Source: Pseudomonadota bacterium (lineage in GTDB: Bacteria > Pseudomonadota > Gammaproteobacteria > Pseudomonadales > JADFDG01). From it: 64,000 nt of DNA. The translations under genes were made by a program, and so were the position numbers. The notes under the pieces are model-generated. The model was given only the letters and a program-made list of their open reading frames with translations, did not search any database and had not been told where the DNA came from. The first letter of the stretch is position 1, and each line of letters opens with the position of its first letter. Shown one piece after another: positions 18,350 through 27,526 of this stretch. The stretch spans positions 344,790 through 408,789 of the forward strand of contig JBMOON010000050.1 in the NCBI GenBank assembly GCA_049323295.1, read 5' to 3'.

Positions 18350-19837
18350 ATGACCGCCGATACGTCCCGTGACCGCTTCCTGGCCTGCGCGCGCGCGGGC
18401 TACAACCACGTCCCCGTGGTGCGCGAAGTGCTCGCCGATCTCGACACCCCGCTGTCCGCCTACGCCAAACTCGCCCGCGGCCCGCATTCCTATCTGTTCG
18501 AATCGGTGCAGGGCGGCGAGAAGTGGGGGCGCTACTCGATCATCGGCCTGCCGGCCCGCACCGTCCTGCGCGTGCATGGCCACGACGTGACGCTGACCGA
18601 GAACGGCAAGGCGCAGCCGCCGCTGCGGGTCGAGGACCCGCTGGCGTACGTGGCGCAGTTCCAGCGTCGTTTCCGCGTGCCGCATGTCGACGGGCTGCCC
18701 CGCTTCACCGGCGGGCTGGTCGGCTACTTCGGCTACGACACCGTGCGTTACGTCGAGAAGAAACTGGCGGCCACCCGGAAGCCGGATCCGATCGGCACGC
18801 CCGACATCCTGCTGATGGTCAGCGACGAGGTGGTCGTTTTCGACAACCTGCGCGGCTCGCTGTATTTCATCGTGCATGCCGATCCGGGCGTTGCCGGCGC
18901 GTACGAGGCGGCGCAGGCGCGACTGGACGCCCTGCACCTGCAATTGCGGCAGGGCGCCCTGCCGGAGCGCGAGGCGGTGCAGCCGCCGCTGCAGGAAAGC
19001 GATTTTGCGTCGAGTTTCCCGCAGCCGCAGTTCGCGCAGGCGGTGAACCGCATCAAGGAGTACGTGCTGGCCGGCGACATCATGCAGGTGGTGATCTCGC
19101 AGCGGATGACGGTGCCCTTCACCGCCCGGCCGCTGGATCTGTACCGCGCGTTGCGCTACCTCAACCCGTCGCCCTACCTGTATTACCTCGATCTCGACGA
19201 TTTCCACATCGTCGGTTCTTCGCCGGAGATCCTCGCGCGCCTGGATGGCGGCAAGGTGACAGTGCGACCGATCGCCGGCACCCGTCGTCGCGGACGCACC
19301 GAGGAGGAGGACGTGGCCCTCGAGCGCGAGCTGCTGGCCGACCCGAAAGAAATCGCGGAGCACCTGATGCTGATCGATCTCGGCCGCAACGACGTCGGCC
19401 GCATTGCCGACACGGGATCGGTCGAGGTCACCGCGAAGATGGCCATCGAGCGTTATTCGCACGTGATGCACATCGTTTCGAACGTCGAGGGCCGCCTGAA
19501 GCCGGAACTGGATGCGCTGGACGTGCTGCGCGCCACTTTTCCGGCCGGCACGCTGTCGGGCGCGCCGAAAATCCGGGCGATGGAGATCGTCGACGAACTG
19601 GAGCCGGTGAAGCGCGGCGTCTACGGCGGTGCCGTCGGCTACCTGGGCTGGGACGGCACGATGGACACCGCGATCGCCATCCGTACGGCGGTCATCAAGG
19701 ACGGGCAGCTGCACATCCAGGCGGGGGCGGGCGTCGTTGCCGACTCCGTTCCCGAGCTCGAATGGAAAGAGACCATGAACAAGGGTCGTGCCATGTTCGC
19801 GGCGGTCGCCATGGCGCAGTCCGGTCTCAAGCCATAA
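18350..19837 (+). CDS. trpE: Anthranilate synthase component I
   Basis: 495 aa. [15 protein letters not shown], the feedback-loop region LESV-like and C-terminal chorismate-binding motifs ([16 protein letters not shown]) are present. Confidence 0.95.
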   Translation: MTADTSRDRFLACARAGYNHVPVVREVLADLDTPLSAYAKLARGPHSYLFESVQGGEKWGRYSIIGLPARTVLRVHGHDVTLTENGKAQPPLRVEDPLAYVAQFQRRFRVPHVDGLPRFTGGLVGYFGYDTVRYVEKKLAATRKPDPIGTPDILLMVSDEVVVFDNLRGSLYFIVHADPGVAGAYEAAQARLDALHLQLRQGALPEREAVQPPLQESDFASSFPQPQFAQAVNRIKEYVLAGDIMQVVISQRMTVPFTARPLDLYRALRYLNPSPYLYYLDLDDFHIVGSSPEILARLDGGKVTVRPIAGTRRRGRTEEEDVALERELLADPKEIAEHLMLIDLGRNDVGRIADTGSVEVTAKMAIERYSHVMHIVSNVEGRLKPELDALDVLRATFPAGTLSGAPKIRAMEIVDELEPVKRGVYGGAVGYLGWDGTMDTAIAIRTAVIKDGQLHIQAGAGVVADSVPELEWKETMNKGRAMFAAVAMAQSGLKP

Positions 19838-19850
19838 GGGGATTCGTGCC

Positions 19851-20435
19851 ATGTTGCTGATGATCGACAATTACGACAGCTTCACCTTCAACATCGTGCA
19901 GTACCTTGCCGAACTCGGCGCCGACGTGAAGGTCGTGCGCAACGACGAGGTGACGCTGGACGACATCGCGCGGCTGAAACCGGAGCGGATCGTGATCTCG
20001 CCGGGCCCCTGCACGCCGAACGAGGCCGGCATCTCGATGCCGGCGATCCGCGAGTTTGCCGGCAAGCTGCCGATTCTCGGCGTCTGTCTGGGTCACCAGG
20101 CGATGGGGCAGGTGTTCGGCGGCAACGTGATCCGGGCCCGGCAGGTGATGCACGGCAAGCTGTCGCCGATCCACCACAACGGCCACGGCGTTTTCCGCAA
20201 TCTGCCGAGTCCCTACAACGCCACGCGCTACCACTCGCTGGTGGTGGAATACGCGACGCTGCCGGATTGCTTCGAGCTCACGGCATGGACGGCGAAGGAG
20301 GACGGCTCGGTGGACGAAGTCATGGGGCTGCGCCACCGGACCCTGCCGATCGAGGGCGTACAGTTCCATCCGGAATCGATCCTGACCGAGCACGGGCATG
20401 CCCTGCTGAAGAATTTCCTCGAGATGCGCGGCTGA
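19851..20435 (+). CDS. trpG: Anthranilate synthase component II (glutamine amidotransferase)
   Basis: In-frame ATG at 19851 within track ORF 19788..20435. The product starts [19 protein letters not shown] and has the catalytic GVCLGHQ and HPES motifs. It begins 13 nt after trpE. Confidence 0.95.
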   Translation: MLLMIDNYDSFTFNIVQYLAELGADVKVVRNDEVTLDDIARLKPERIVISPGPCTPNEAGISMPAIREFAGKLPILGVCLGHQAMGQVFGGNVIRARQVMHGKLSPIHHNGHGVFRNLPSPYNATRYHSLVVEYATLPDCFELTAWTAKEDGSVDEVMGLRHRTLPIEGVQFHPESILTEHGHALLKNFLEMRG

Positions 20436-20448
20436 CGGGAGAACGCAG

Positions 20449-21483
20449 ATGCCGATGGACATGCCCACCGCGATACGTGTGTTGCTCGACCGCCAGTCGC
20501 TGGATGCCAACGAGATGGAAGAGGTCATGACCATCATCATGACCGGCGGCGCCACCCCGGCGCAGATCGGCGGCTTCCTGGTCGCTTTGCGGATGAAGGG
20601 CGAGGTGATGCAGGAGTTGCTCGGTGCGGCGCGGGTCATGCGCCGGCTGGCGAAGACGGTCGACTGCAGCGACGTGCCCTACCTCGTCGACACCTGCGGT
20701 ACCGGCGGCGACAACTCCGGGCTGTTCAACGTGTCGACGGCGTCGGCGTTCGTCGTGGCGGCGGCGGGCGGCCATGTCGCCAAGCACGGCAACCGCTCGG
20801 TTTCCAGCAAGTCCGGCAGTGCCGACCTGCTGGAGGCGGCCGGCGCCAACCTCGCCATCAGCGCCGAGGAGGCCGGCCGCTGCATCCGAGACACCGGTTT
20901 CGGGTTCCTGTTCGCACCGACCCACCACGAGGCGATGAAGCATGCGATCGGGCCGCGCCGCGAGCTGGGCGTGCGTACCGTCTTCAACATGCTCGGTCCG
21001 CTGACCAATCCGGCCGGTGCGAAGAATGCCGTGCTCGGCGTCTATTCGCGCGAGTTGCTGCGGCCGATCGCCGATGTCTGTCTGGCGCTGGGCCAGCGCC
21101 ATGTGTTCGTGGTGCATGCCGAGGACGGGCTGGACGAGATTTCCATCGCCGCCGACACCTGCATCGCGGAGGTGCGCGGCGGCAAGGTGCACGAATACGT
21201 GGTCGCGCCGGAAGACATCGGGCTGCCGCGCGGTTCGCTGGAGCACCTGCGGGCTGCCAATGCACAACAGAGTCTGGCCATCATCCTGGCCGCCTTCGAG
21301 CACGGGAAGGGGCCGGCGGCCGACATCATCGCCGCCAATGCCGGTGCGGCCATCTGCGCCGCCGGCCTGTGCGCCACCCTGAAGCAGGGCGTGGCGATGG
21401 CGCAGGATGCAATCGCTACCGGCATGGCGCGGGAAAAACTCGACGAGTACGTACGCGTCACGCAACTCATGAAGAAGCAGTGA
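20449..21483 (+). CDS. trpD: Anthranilate phosphoribosyltransferase
   Basis: 344 aa with the TrpD motifs [22 protein letters not shown] and NPAGA. Confidence 0.95.
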   Translation: MPMDMPTAIRVLLDRQSLDANEMEEVMTIIMTGGATPAQIGGFLVALRMKGEVMQELLGAARVMRRLAKTVDCSDVPYLVDTCGTGGDNSGLFNVSTASAFVVAAAGGHVAKHGNRSVSSKSGSADLLEAAGANLAISAEEAGRCIRDTGFGFLFAPTHHEAMKHAIGPRRELGVRTVFNMLGPLTNPAGAKNAVLGVYSRELLRPIADVCLALGQRHVFVVHAEDGLDEISIAADTCIAEVRGGKVHEYVVAPEDIGLPRGSLEHLRAANAQQSLAIILAAFEHGKGPAADIIAANAGAAICAAGLCATLKQGVAMAQDAIATGMAREKLDEYVRVTQLMKKQ

Positions 21484-21496
21484 GACGGATACGGCC

Positions 21497-22294
21497 ATGA
21501 CCTGCGGAATCACCATCCTCGATCGCATCGTACGCCGCAAGCGCGAGGAAATTGCCGAGCGTGCGGCGAAAGTGTCGATGGCCCGGCTGCACGATCTGGC
21601 CTCGACCCAGGAAGTGACGCGCGGCTTCGTTGACGCCCTGCGGCGCCGGGTGCGCGCCGGCGAGCCGGCGGTGATCGCCGAGATCAAGCGTGCGTCACCG
21701 TCCAAGGGTCTGATCCGCGCCGACTGGGACGTGCCGGCGATTGCGAAAAGCTACGAGCAAGGCGGGGCCGCCTGCCTCTCGGTGTTGACCGACGTCGATT
21801 TCTTCCAGGGTGCCGACGAATACCTGATTGCCGCCCGCGATGCCTGCCGCCTGCCGGCACTGCGCAAGGACTTCACCGTCGACGAATACCAGGTAGTCGA
21901 AGCGCGCGCGCTGGGCGCTGACGCCATCCTGCTGATCGTCGCCGCGCTGGACGATGCCGAGTTGGCCACCCTGAACGCCATGGCGCGCGGCCTCGGCCTC
22001 GACGTGCTGGTCGAGGTGCACGACCGCCGCGAGCTGGAACGTGCCCTGAAGCTCGGCATCGATCTGGTCGGCATCAACAACCGCGACCTGCACACCTTCG
22101 ATGTGTCGCTGAAGACCACTTACGACCTGCTGTCGCTGATCCCGCCCGATGTGCTGGTGGTCACCGAAAGCGGCATCAACACGAAGCAGGACGTCGCCGC
22201 CATGCGCAGCCGGAACGTCAACGCCTTCCTGGTCGGCGAATCCTTCATGCGTGCGCCGGAACCGGGTGCGAAGCTGCGGGAGCTCTTCTTCTGA
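21497..22294 (+). CDS. trpC: Indole-3-glycerol phosphate synthase
   Basis: 265 aa with the TrpC motifs [15 protein letters not shown] and INNRDLHTF. Confidence 0.95.
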   Translation: MTCGITILDRIVRRKREEIAERAAKVSMARLHDLASTQEVTRGFVDALRRRVRAGEPAVIAEIKRASPSKGLIRADWDVPAIAKSYEQGGAACLSVLTDVDFFQGADEYLIAARDACRLPALRKDFTVDEYQVVEARALGADAILLIVAALDDAELATLNAMARGLGLDVLVEVHDRRELERALKLGIDLVGINNRDLHTFDVSLKTTYDLLSLIPPDVLVVTESGINTKQDVAAMRSRNVNAFLVGESFMRAPEPGAKLRELFF

Positions 22295-22308
22295 AAACAG
22301 CCTCGGAC

Positions 22309-22418
22309 TGACCGGGTTCGTGCCGATCTGCGCAGGGGACCTGTGTCGAGGGAAGGTCTAGCGCAGTCTGACCGACGAGACACTCAGTCGCCGGAGCAGA
22401 TCGGCACGAACCCGGTCA
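22309..22418. repeat. 110-bp palindromic element: perfect 23-bp inverted repeats around a 64-nt spacer
   Basis: The sequence tgaccgggttcgtgccgatctgc at 22309-22331 is the exact reverse complement of 22396-22418. The spacer has further imperfect dyad symmetry. The element lies between the convergent trpC and GST genes, and its right arm covers the GST stop codon. Confidence 0.8.
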
Positions 22419-23021
22419 TGCCGGAGCCGCGCTGTCGCGCACACTCGCTCTTTGCTCCATACGGGCAAGGTACGCCGCCAGCTTCGGATGCGGCGCCAGC
22501 GAAACTTCCGCACTGAATCGCAGTTTCAGATAACCCAGTGCAGCCACGAGTGCCGCATCGGCCAGCGAGAAAGATCCGCCTTCGCAGAAATCGCCACGCA
22601 GGCTCTTTTCCGCCTCGCGCAGGGCAGCGTCGATCTTGCCGCGCTGGCGGGCAATCCACTCGGGACTCTGCTGGGCCGGCGTGCGCTTGTTGCGCTCGAT
22701 GAAGATGGCGGCGGCGGCATCCGAAATGCCGTCGGCGAGGGCTTCCCAGCGTTTGACGCGGATGCGGGCAGCCGCATCGTCCGGAATGTGCTGCGGGCCG
22801 GGCAGGGTATCCAGGTACTCGGCGATCACCCGCGAATCGAACAGCGTGTCGCCGTTGTCGAGCACCAGCACCGGCACCTTGCCCAGCGGGTTGTAATCCG
22901 GGGTTTTCGCATCGGCATTCCAGGGAATGTCTTCCAGCAGTTCGCAGGAGAGCGCCTTCTCCGCCAGCAGGATCCGCACCTTGCGGCCGAAAGGGGTGGT
23001 GAGCGAGCTGACCAGTTTCAT
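22416..23021 (-). CDS. Glutathione S-transferase family protein
   Basis: Track ORF trimmed to MKLVSSLTTPFGRKVR (ATG at 23019-23021), preceded by AGGAGA. It has a thioredoxin-like N-domain (NPLGKVPVL, DSRVIAEYL) and a helical C-domain. Confidence 0.85.
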   Translation of the reverse strand: MKLVSSLTTPFGRKVRILLAEKALSCELLEDIPWNADAKTPDYNPLGKVPVLVLDNGDTLFDSRVIAEYLDTLPGPQHIPDDAAARIRVKRWEALADGISDAAAAIFIERNKRTPAQQSPEWIARQRGKIDAALREAEKSLRGDFCEGGSFSLADAALVAALGYLKLRFSAEVSLAPHPKLAAYLARMEQRASVRDSAAPA

Positions 23022-23042
23022 GTGCGGGTTCTCCTGAAATGC

Positions 23043-23064
23043 AAAAGGCCGGATCACTCCGGCC
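23043..23064 (-). terminator. Rho-independent terminator downstream of vfr
   Basis: The minus strand reads GGCCGGA-GTGA-TCCGGCC followed by TTTTGC. It lies 28 nt after the vfr stop. Confidence 0.6.
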
Positions 23065-23091
23065 TCTGTCTTCTGTCGCGGCGGCGGGCGG

Positions 23092-23727
23092 TCAGCGCGT
23101 GCCGTAGACCACCATGGTCTTGCCCTTCACCGAGATCAGGCCCTGCTCTTCCAGGGACTTGAGCACGCGGCCCACCATCTCGCGCGAGCAGCCGACGATG
23201 CGGCCGATTTCCTGGCGGGTGATCTTGATCTGCATGCCGTCCGGGTGGGTCATGGCATCCGGCTGGCGGGACAGTTCGAGCAGGGTGCGGGCCACGCGGC
23301 CGGTTACGTCGAGGAAGGCCAGGTCGCCGACCTTCCGGGTGGTGGCACGCAGGCGGCCGGCGATCTGTGCCGACAGGGCGAACATGATGTCGGCGTCGTC
23401 CCGGGCCAGCTCCTTGAACTTGGAGTAGCTGACCTCGGCGACCTCGCACTCGGTCTTGGCCTTCACCCAGGCCGAACGGTTGGCGTCCTTCTCGAACAGG
23501 CCCATCTCGCCGAAGAAGTCGCCTTCGTTGAGGTAGGCGACGATCATTTCCCGCCCCTCGTTGTCCTCGATGACCACGGTCACCGAGCCGCTGAGGATGT
23601 AGTAGAGGGCGTCCGACTCGTCGCCGGCATAGATGATGGTGCTCTTCGCCGGATACTTCCGGCGATGGCAGTGCACCAGGAACTTGTCGATGTTCGGGAA
23701 GAACTTGCTCGCGGCCACCGCGTTCAT
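23092..23727 (-). CDS. vfr: cAMP receptor protein (Vfr/CRP family global regulator)
   Basis: Track ORF trimmed to [36 protein letters not shown]. It is nearly colinear with P. aeruginosa Vfr as I recall it, including [29 protein letters not shown] and the [25 protein letters not shown]. Confidence 0.92.
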   Translation of the reverse strand: MNAVAASKFFPNIDKFLVHCHRRKYPAKSTIIYAGDESDALYYILSGSVTVVIEDNEGREMIVAYLNEGDFFGEMGLFEKDANRSAWVKAKTECEVAEVSYSKFKELARDDADIMFALSAQIAGRLRATTRKVGDLAFLDVTGRVARTLLELSRQPDAMTHPDGMQIKITRQEIGRIVGCSREMVGRVLKSLEEQGLISVKGKTMVVYGTR

Positions 23728-24015
23728 GCTCCGGGGATGTCCATCCAGGGAATCTTCTTGGCAGGTCAGCGGGTTGTAGCGCACACCCGCAGTTGAGTCA
23801 CAACTCGTGTCCCTATGTGCCACCCGGGTCAGACTATGTCAAGCAAAGGGTCGTTCCGTGCGCCATTCAACGTCCGGAACGTGACGTGATCGTCGTCGGC
23901 CGGTCGGGGGAGGTTCGGTTCATGGCCGGGGGTGATTGTGCTACCCTGCGCCGCCTCACGCGGGGGGTACGCCCCCCGCATCACCCACGCCTCCTCTTGG
24001 TCCCGGGAGCAGTCG

Positions 24016-24438
24016 ATGAAGGCAACCGTCCGCTGGGAAGGCGACGCGAAGTTCCGTGCCCGCGCCGAAGGCAGCGGCCACGAAGTCCTGATGGACGGAC
24101 CGCCCGACATCGGCGGCGTCAACGCCGGCCCCCGGCCCATGGAAACCGTCCTTATGGGCCTCGGCGGCTGCTCCAGCGTCGACGTGGTCTACATCCTGAA
24201 GAAGGCGCGCCAGGACGTGACCGGCTGCGAAGCCGAGCTCACTGCCGAACGGGCGCCGGAACCGCCGCAGGTGTTCACGAAGATCCACCTGCATTTCGTG
24301 GTCAGCGGCCGCAATCTCAAGGAAAACCAGGTCAAGCGGGCAGTCGATCTGTCGGCCGAAAAATATTGTTCGGCGTCGATCATGCTGGCCCGTGGCGGCG
24401 TCGAGATCACCCACAGCCATGAAGTGCGCGAGGCGTAA
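24016..24438 (+). CDS. OsmC/Ohr family peroxiredoxin-like protein
   Basis: In-frame ATG at 24016. The 140-aa product has the two conserved Cys contexts (LGGCSSVDV and AEKYCSAS) of the OsmC family. Confidence 0.85.
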   Translation: MKATVRWEGDAKFRARAEGSGHEVLMDGPPDIGGVNAGPRPMETVLMGLGGCSSVDVVYILKKARQDVTGCEAELTAERAPEPPQVFTKIHLHFVVSGRNLKENQVKRAVDLSAEKYCSASIMLARGGVEITHSHEVREA

Positions 24439-24441
24439 CAG

Positions 24442-25254
24442 ATGAAGACTTCCGAGACCAAGCTGAAGCTGTACGGGTTCAACAACCTGACGAAGTCGCT
24501 CAGCTTCAACATCTACGACATCTGTTACACGCGCAACGAAGCCGAGCGCAAGGAATACATCGCGTACATCGACGAGACCTACAACGCCGACCGCCTGACG
24601 CAGATCCTCACCGACGTGGTGGAGATCATCGGTGCCCACATCCTCAATGTCGCCCGCCAGGACTACGATCCGCACGGCGCGTCGGTGACCATGCTGATCT
24701 GCGAGGACCAGGTGCCGCCGGACGAGGCCGAGACGCGCGAAGAGCCGGGTCCGCTGCCGGACGCCGTCGTGATGCACCTCGACAAGAGCCATGTCACCGT
24801 GCACACCTACCCGGAATCACACCCGGACAACGGCATTTCCACGTTCCGCGCCGATATCGACGTGTCGACTTGCGGCCTGATCTCGCCGCTGCGGGCCCTG
24901 AATTACCTGATCCACACCTTCGACTCGGACATCGCGACCATCGATTATCGCGTGCGCGGTTTCACCCGCGACGTGACCGGCATGAAGCACTACATCGACC
25001 ACGAAATCTCGTCGATCCAGAACTACATGTCGGACGACACGGTCGAGCGCTACAAGATGATCGACGTGAACGTGTACCAGGAAAACATCTTCCACACGAA
25101 GATGATCCGCAAGGAGTTCGACATCGACCAGTACCTGTTCGGTGACGCCAAACAGGCGATCAGCAAGGCCGACAAGGCGGTGATTGCCGACCGGCTGGAC
25201 AAGGAAATGCACGAGATCTTCTACGGCCAGAACTACGCGGCCGGTAAATGGTGA
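24442..25254 (+). CDS. speD: S-adenosylmethionine decarboxylase proenzyme
   Basis: 270 aa with [19 protein letters not shown] and the processing-site region [14 protein letters not shown], typical of E. coli-type SpeD. Confidence 0.93.
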   Translation: MKTSETKLKLYGFNNLTKSLSFNIYDICYTRNEAERKEYIAYIDETYNADRLTQILTDVVEIIGAHILNVARQDYDPHGASVTMLICEDQVPPDEAETREEPGPLPDAVVMHLDKSHVTVHTYPESHPDNGISTFRADIDVSTCGLISPLRALNYLIHTFDSDIATIDYRVRGFTRDVTGMKHYIDHEISSIQNYMSDDTVERYKMIDVNVYQENIFHTKMIRKEFDIDQYLFGDAKQAISKADKAVIADRLDKEMHEIFYGQNYAAGKW

Positions 25255-25271
25255 GCCGCACGACACCGACG

Positions 25272-25297
25272 AAAAAGCCGCCCGCGGGCGGCTTTTT
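25272..25297. terminator. Bidirectional Rho-independent terminator (speD / coq7)
   Basis: The sequence is aaaaagccgccc-gcg-gggcggcttttt: an 8-bp GC stem flanked by A5 and T5, between convergent genes. Confidence 0.75.
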
Positions 25298-25326
25298 CTT
25301 TTCCGGCGCAACCGGGTGCGCATGAC

Positions 25327-25974
25327 CTAGAGGCGATACACCGTCGTGGTCATCACTTTCGCCATCGCCGCCATGAGGCGGCGCACCGGGAACGGCAGGG
25401 CGGCGGCGCCGGCCGCGTGTGCGGTATCGGCGTGCTGCGCCTCGTCAGCCCGCATGCGTTCCACCACGGCGCGCGAGCGCCGGTCGGCGTCCGGCAGATG
25501 ACCGAGATGACTCTCCAGGTGGCGGACGACCTGGCGCTCGGTTTCCTCGACGAAACCGAGGCTCCAGCGATCGCCGGCCATGCCGGCCGCTGCACCGACG
25601 GCGAACGAAAGCCCGTAGAAGAACGGGTTGAGGACGCTGGGTGCGGCGCCGAGTTCGTGCAGACGTTGCTCGCACCAGGCGAGATGGTCTTCTTCCTCGC
25701 GGGCAGCCGCCTCCATCTGCGTCCGCACGTCGGGCAGCTTCGCGGTGAGCGCCTGTCCGGCGTACAACGCCTGGGCGCAGACTTCGCCGGTGTGGTTGAT
25801 GCGCATCAGTCCGGCTGCATGCCGGCGCGCCGGATCGTCCAGCACGGCTGACGGTTCGGCGGCTGCCGGCGAGATGCGGCGTGCGACTGCCCCGTCGGGA
25901 CTCAGCGTGCGCAGGGCCTGGTCGGCCTGCAGTACCAGACGATCGAGCGGCGAGAGACGGCGTTCGCGGGTCAT
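25327..25974 (-). CDS. coq7: Demethoxyubiquinone hydroxylase (di-iron Coq7 family)
   Basis: 215 aa with the di-iron carboxylate motifs of Coq7 ([40 protein letters not shown]). Confidence 0.9.
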   Translation of the reverse strand: MTRERRLSPLDRLVLQADQALRTLSPDGAVARRISPAAAEPSAVLDDPARRHAAGLMRINHTGEVCAQALYAGQALTAKLPDVRTQMEAAAREEEDHLAWCEQRLHELGAAPSVLNPFFYGLSFAVGAAAGMAGDRWSLGFVEETERQVVRHLESHLGHLPDADRRSRAVVERMRADEAQHADTAHAAGAAALPFPVRRLMAAMAKVMTTTVYRL

Positions 25975-25977
25975 CGC

Positions 25978-26319
25978 TCAGCCCGGCGGCCAGGTCATCT
26001 GCCGGCCGCCCAGCAGATGGAAGTGCAGGTGGTAGACGGTCTGTCCGCCCTGTACGTTGCAGTTGTTGACCAGCCGGTAGCCGTCACCGGCAATGCCGAG
26101 GTCGCGCGCGATCCGGCGGGCGGTCAGCAGGAGATGGCCGGCCAGCGCGGCATCGCTGTCTTCCAGGGCCTCGAGATTGGCCACGTGCCGTTTCGGGATC
26201 AGCAGGACATGCACCGGCGCCTGCGGCGAAATGTCGCGGAACGCAAGTACGAGGTCATCCTCGTGGACGATGTCGGGTTTGATCTGGCCGTTGGCCATCC
26301 TGCAGAACAGACAGTCCAT
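25978..26319 (-). CDS. HIT family (histidine triad) nucleotide hydrolase
   Basis: The start is set at ATG 26317-26319 (MDCLFCRMANGQ), which has GGAG upstream; the track begins at GTG 26331. The histidine triad HLHFHLLGG is present. Confidence 0.88.
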   Translation of the reverse strand: MDCLFCRMANGQIKPDIVHEDDLVLAFRDISPQAPVHVLLIPKRHVANLEALEDSDAALAGHLLLTARRIARDLGIAGDGYRLVNNCNVQGGQTVYHLHFHLLGGRQMTWPPG

Positions 26320-26454
26320 CAGTGACTCCACTCATTGTCCGGGGGCGGGCAGGCAGCGGGCGCGCAGTGCATTATTCTCTGCCACGCAAGGCCCCGGTTG
26401 CGAACACCGTCCCGCCAAGAATAGAACAGTCCCGCCGTCATTTCCGGTTCCCTC

Positions 26455-27519
26455 ATGCCCGAGCAGAAAGACCAGCCGCTGCCCGTTTCGCCGGACCTCC
26501 AGGCCCTGCCGGCCAGCCTGTCCGCGGCCTGGGTCAACGACGCACTGGCGACGGTGCAGCGGGAATACGGCATCGCGCCGGCCGAGCTGCTGGCACAGGC
26601 CGGCGTCGATGCGCAGACCTTTGCCAATCCGACGGCGCTGGTGCCGCTGATCGATGTCGTCCGTCTGTTTGCCTGTGCGCTCGGCCGCACCGGGGACAAC
26701 GCGCTGGGCCTGCGACTCGGCGGCAACGTGCAGCCGCGCAGTTACCCGGTGCTCGGCTACGTGATCATGGGCAGTGCCGATCTCGGCGAGGCCATCGACC
26801 GTCTGCTGCGCTTCGAGCGCATCGTCGGCGAACTCGGCCGCGCTTCGCTGGACGACGAGGGCGCAGACAACCTGCTGTTGCGCTGGGATTGCCCGGTCCC
26901 CATGCCCTATGCCCGCTATCTGCGCGACGCGGCCGTCGCCGGCTGGGTCGGGTTCGCACGTTCGTTGCTGGACAACGCGCGTGCGCCGCTGGAGGCTCGC
27001 TTCGAGCATCCCGAGCCGCCGGCGGCCGAGCGTGAAGCGTACGAACGTTTTTTCCGCTGCCCGGTCCGGTTTTCCGCGCCGCATACCGGCATCGTGTTTC
27101 CCCGCGTCTGGCTGCAGCTGCCGCTGCGGTCGGCCGATCCGGCACTCGGCGGCATCATGGAAGAGCATGCCGCGCGCCTGCTGGCTGATTTCTCTTCCGG
27201 CATCAACCTGGCCAACGAAGTGCGCAGCGCGATCTACCGGCACCTGCCCGGCGGCGAACCGGAAATCGAAACGGTGGCCGAGGACCTCGGAATGACAGTG
27301 CGAGCCCTGCAGGCCAGGCTGCGCAAGGCCGACGTGACGTTCAGCGATCTGGTCGACGACATCCGCAAGTCGCTGGCGGCGGTGCTGGTGGCCGACGAGC
27401 GGCTGACACTGGTGAATGTCGCGTTGCTGCTCGGTTTCGCCGAGCAGAGTTCCTTCACCCGGGCCTTCCGTCGCTGGTACGGCATGGCACCGGGCGAGTA
27501 CCGCAAGAACAGCGGCTAG
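26455..27519 (+). CDS. AraC family transcriptional regulator (N-terminal AraC-binding-like domain)
   Basis: 354 aa. The C-terminal double HTH contains VAEDLGMTVRALQARLRK and LLLGFAEQSSFTRAFRRWYGMAPGEYRK. Confidence 0.85.
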   Translation: MPEQKDQPLPVSPDLQALPASLSAAWVNDALATVQREYGIAPAELLAQAGVDAQTFANPTALVPLIDVVRLFACALGRTGDNALGLRLGGNVQPRSYPVLGYVIMGSADLGEAIDRLLRFERIVGELGRASLDDEGADNLLLRWDCPVPMPYARYLRDAAVAGWVGFARSLLDNARAPLEARFEHPEPPAAEREAYERFFRCPVRFSAPHTGIVFPRVWLQLPLRSADPALGGIMEEHAARLLADFSSGINLANEVRSAIYRHLPGGEPEIETVAEDLGMTVRALQARLRKADVTFSDLVDDIRKSLAAVLVADERLTLVNVALLLGFAEQSSFTRAFRRWYGMAPGEYRKNSG

Positions 27520-27526
27520 CGTCCGG

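Noticed and set aside
19838-19850. I checked the trpE-trpG junction for a tailocin or prophage insertion. In P. aeruginosa the R/F pyocin cluster sits between trpE and trpG.
   Set aside because: trpE and trpG are separated by only 13 nt here, so there is no inserted DNA at this hotspot.
23760-23800. Possible Vfr/CRP autoregulatory site near gttgagtcacaactcgtgt in the vfr upstream region.
   Set aside because: Only one TGTGA/TCACA-like half-site is present. The second half does not match TGTGA-N6-TCACA on either strand, so the evidence is not enough to call.
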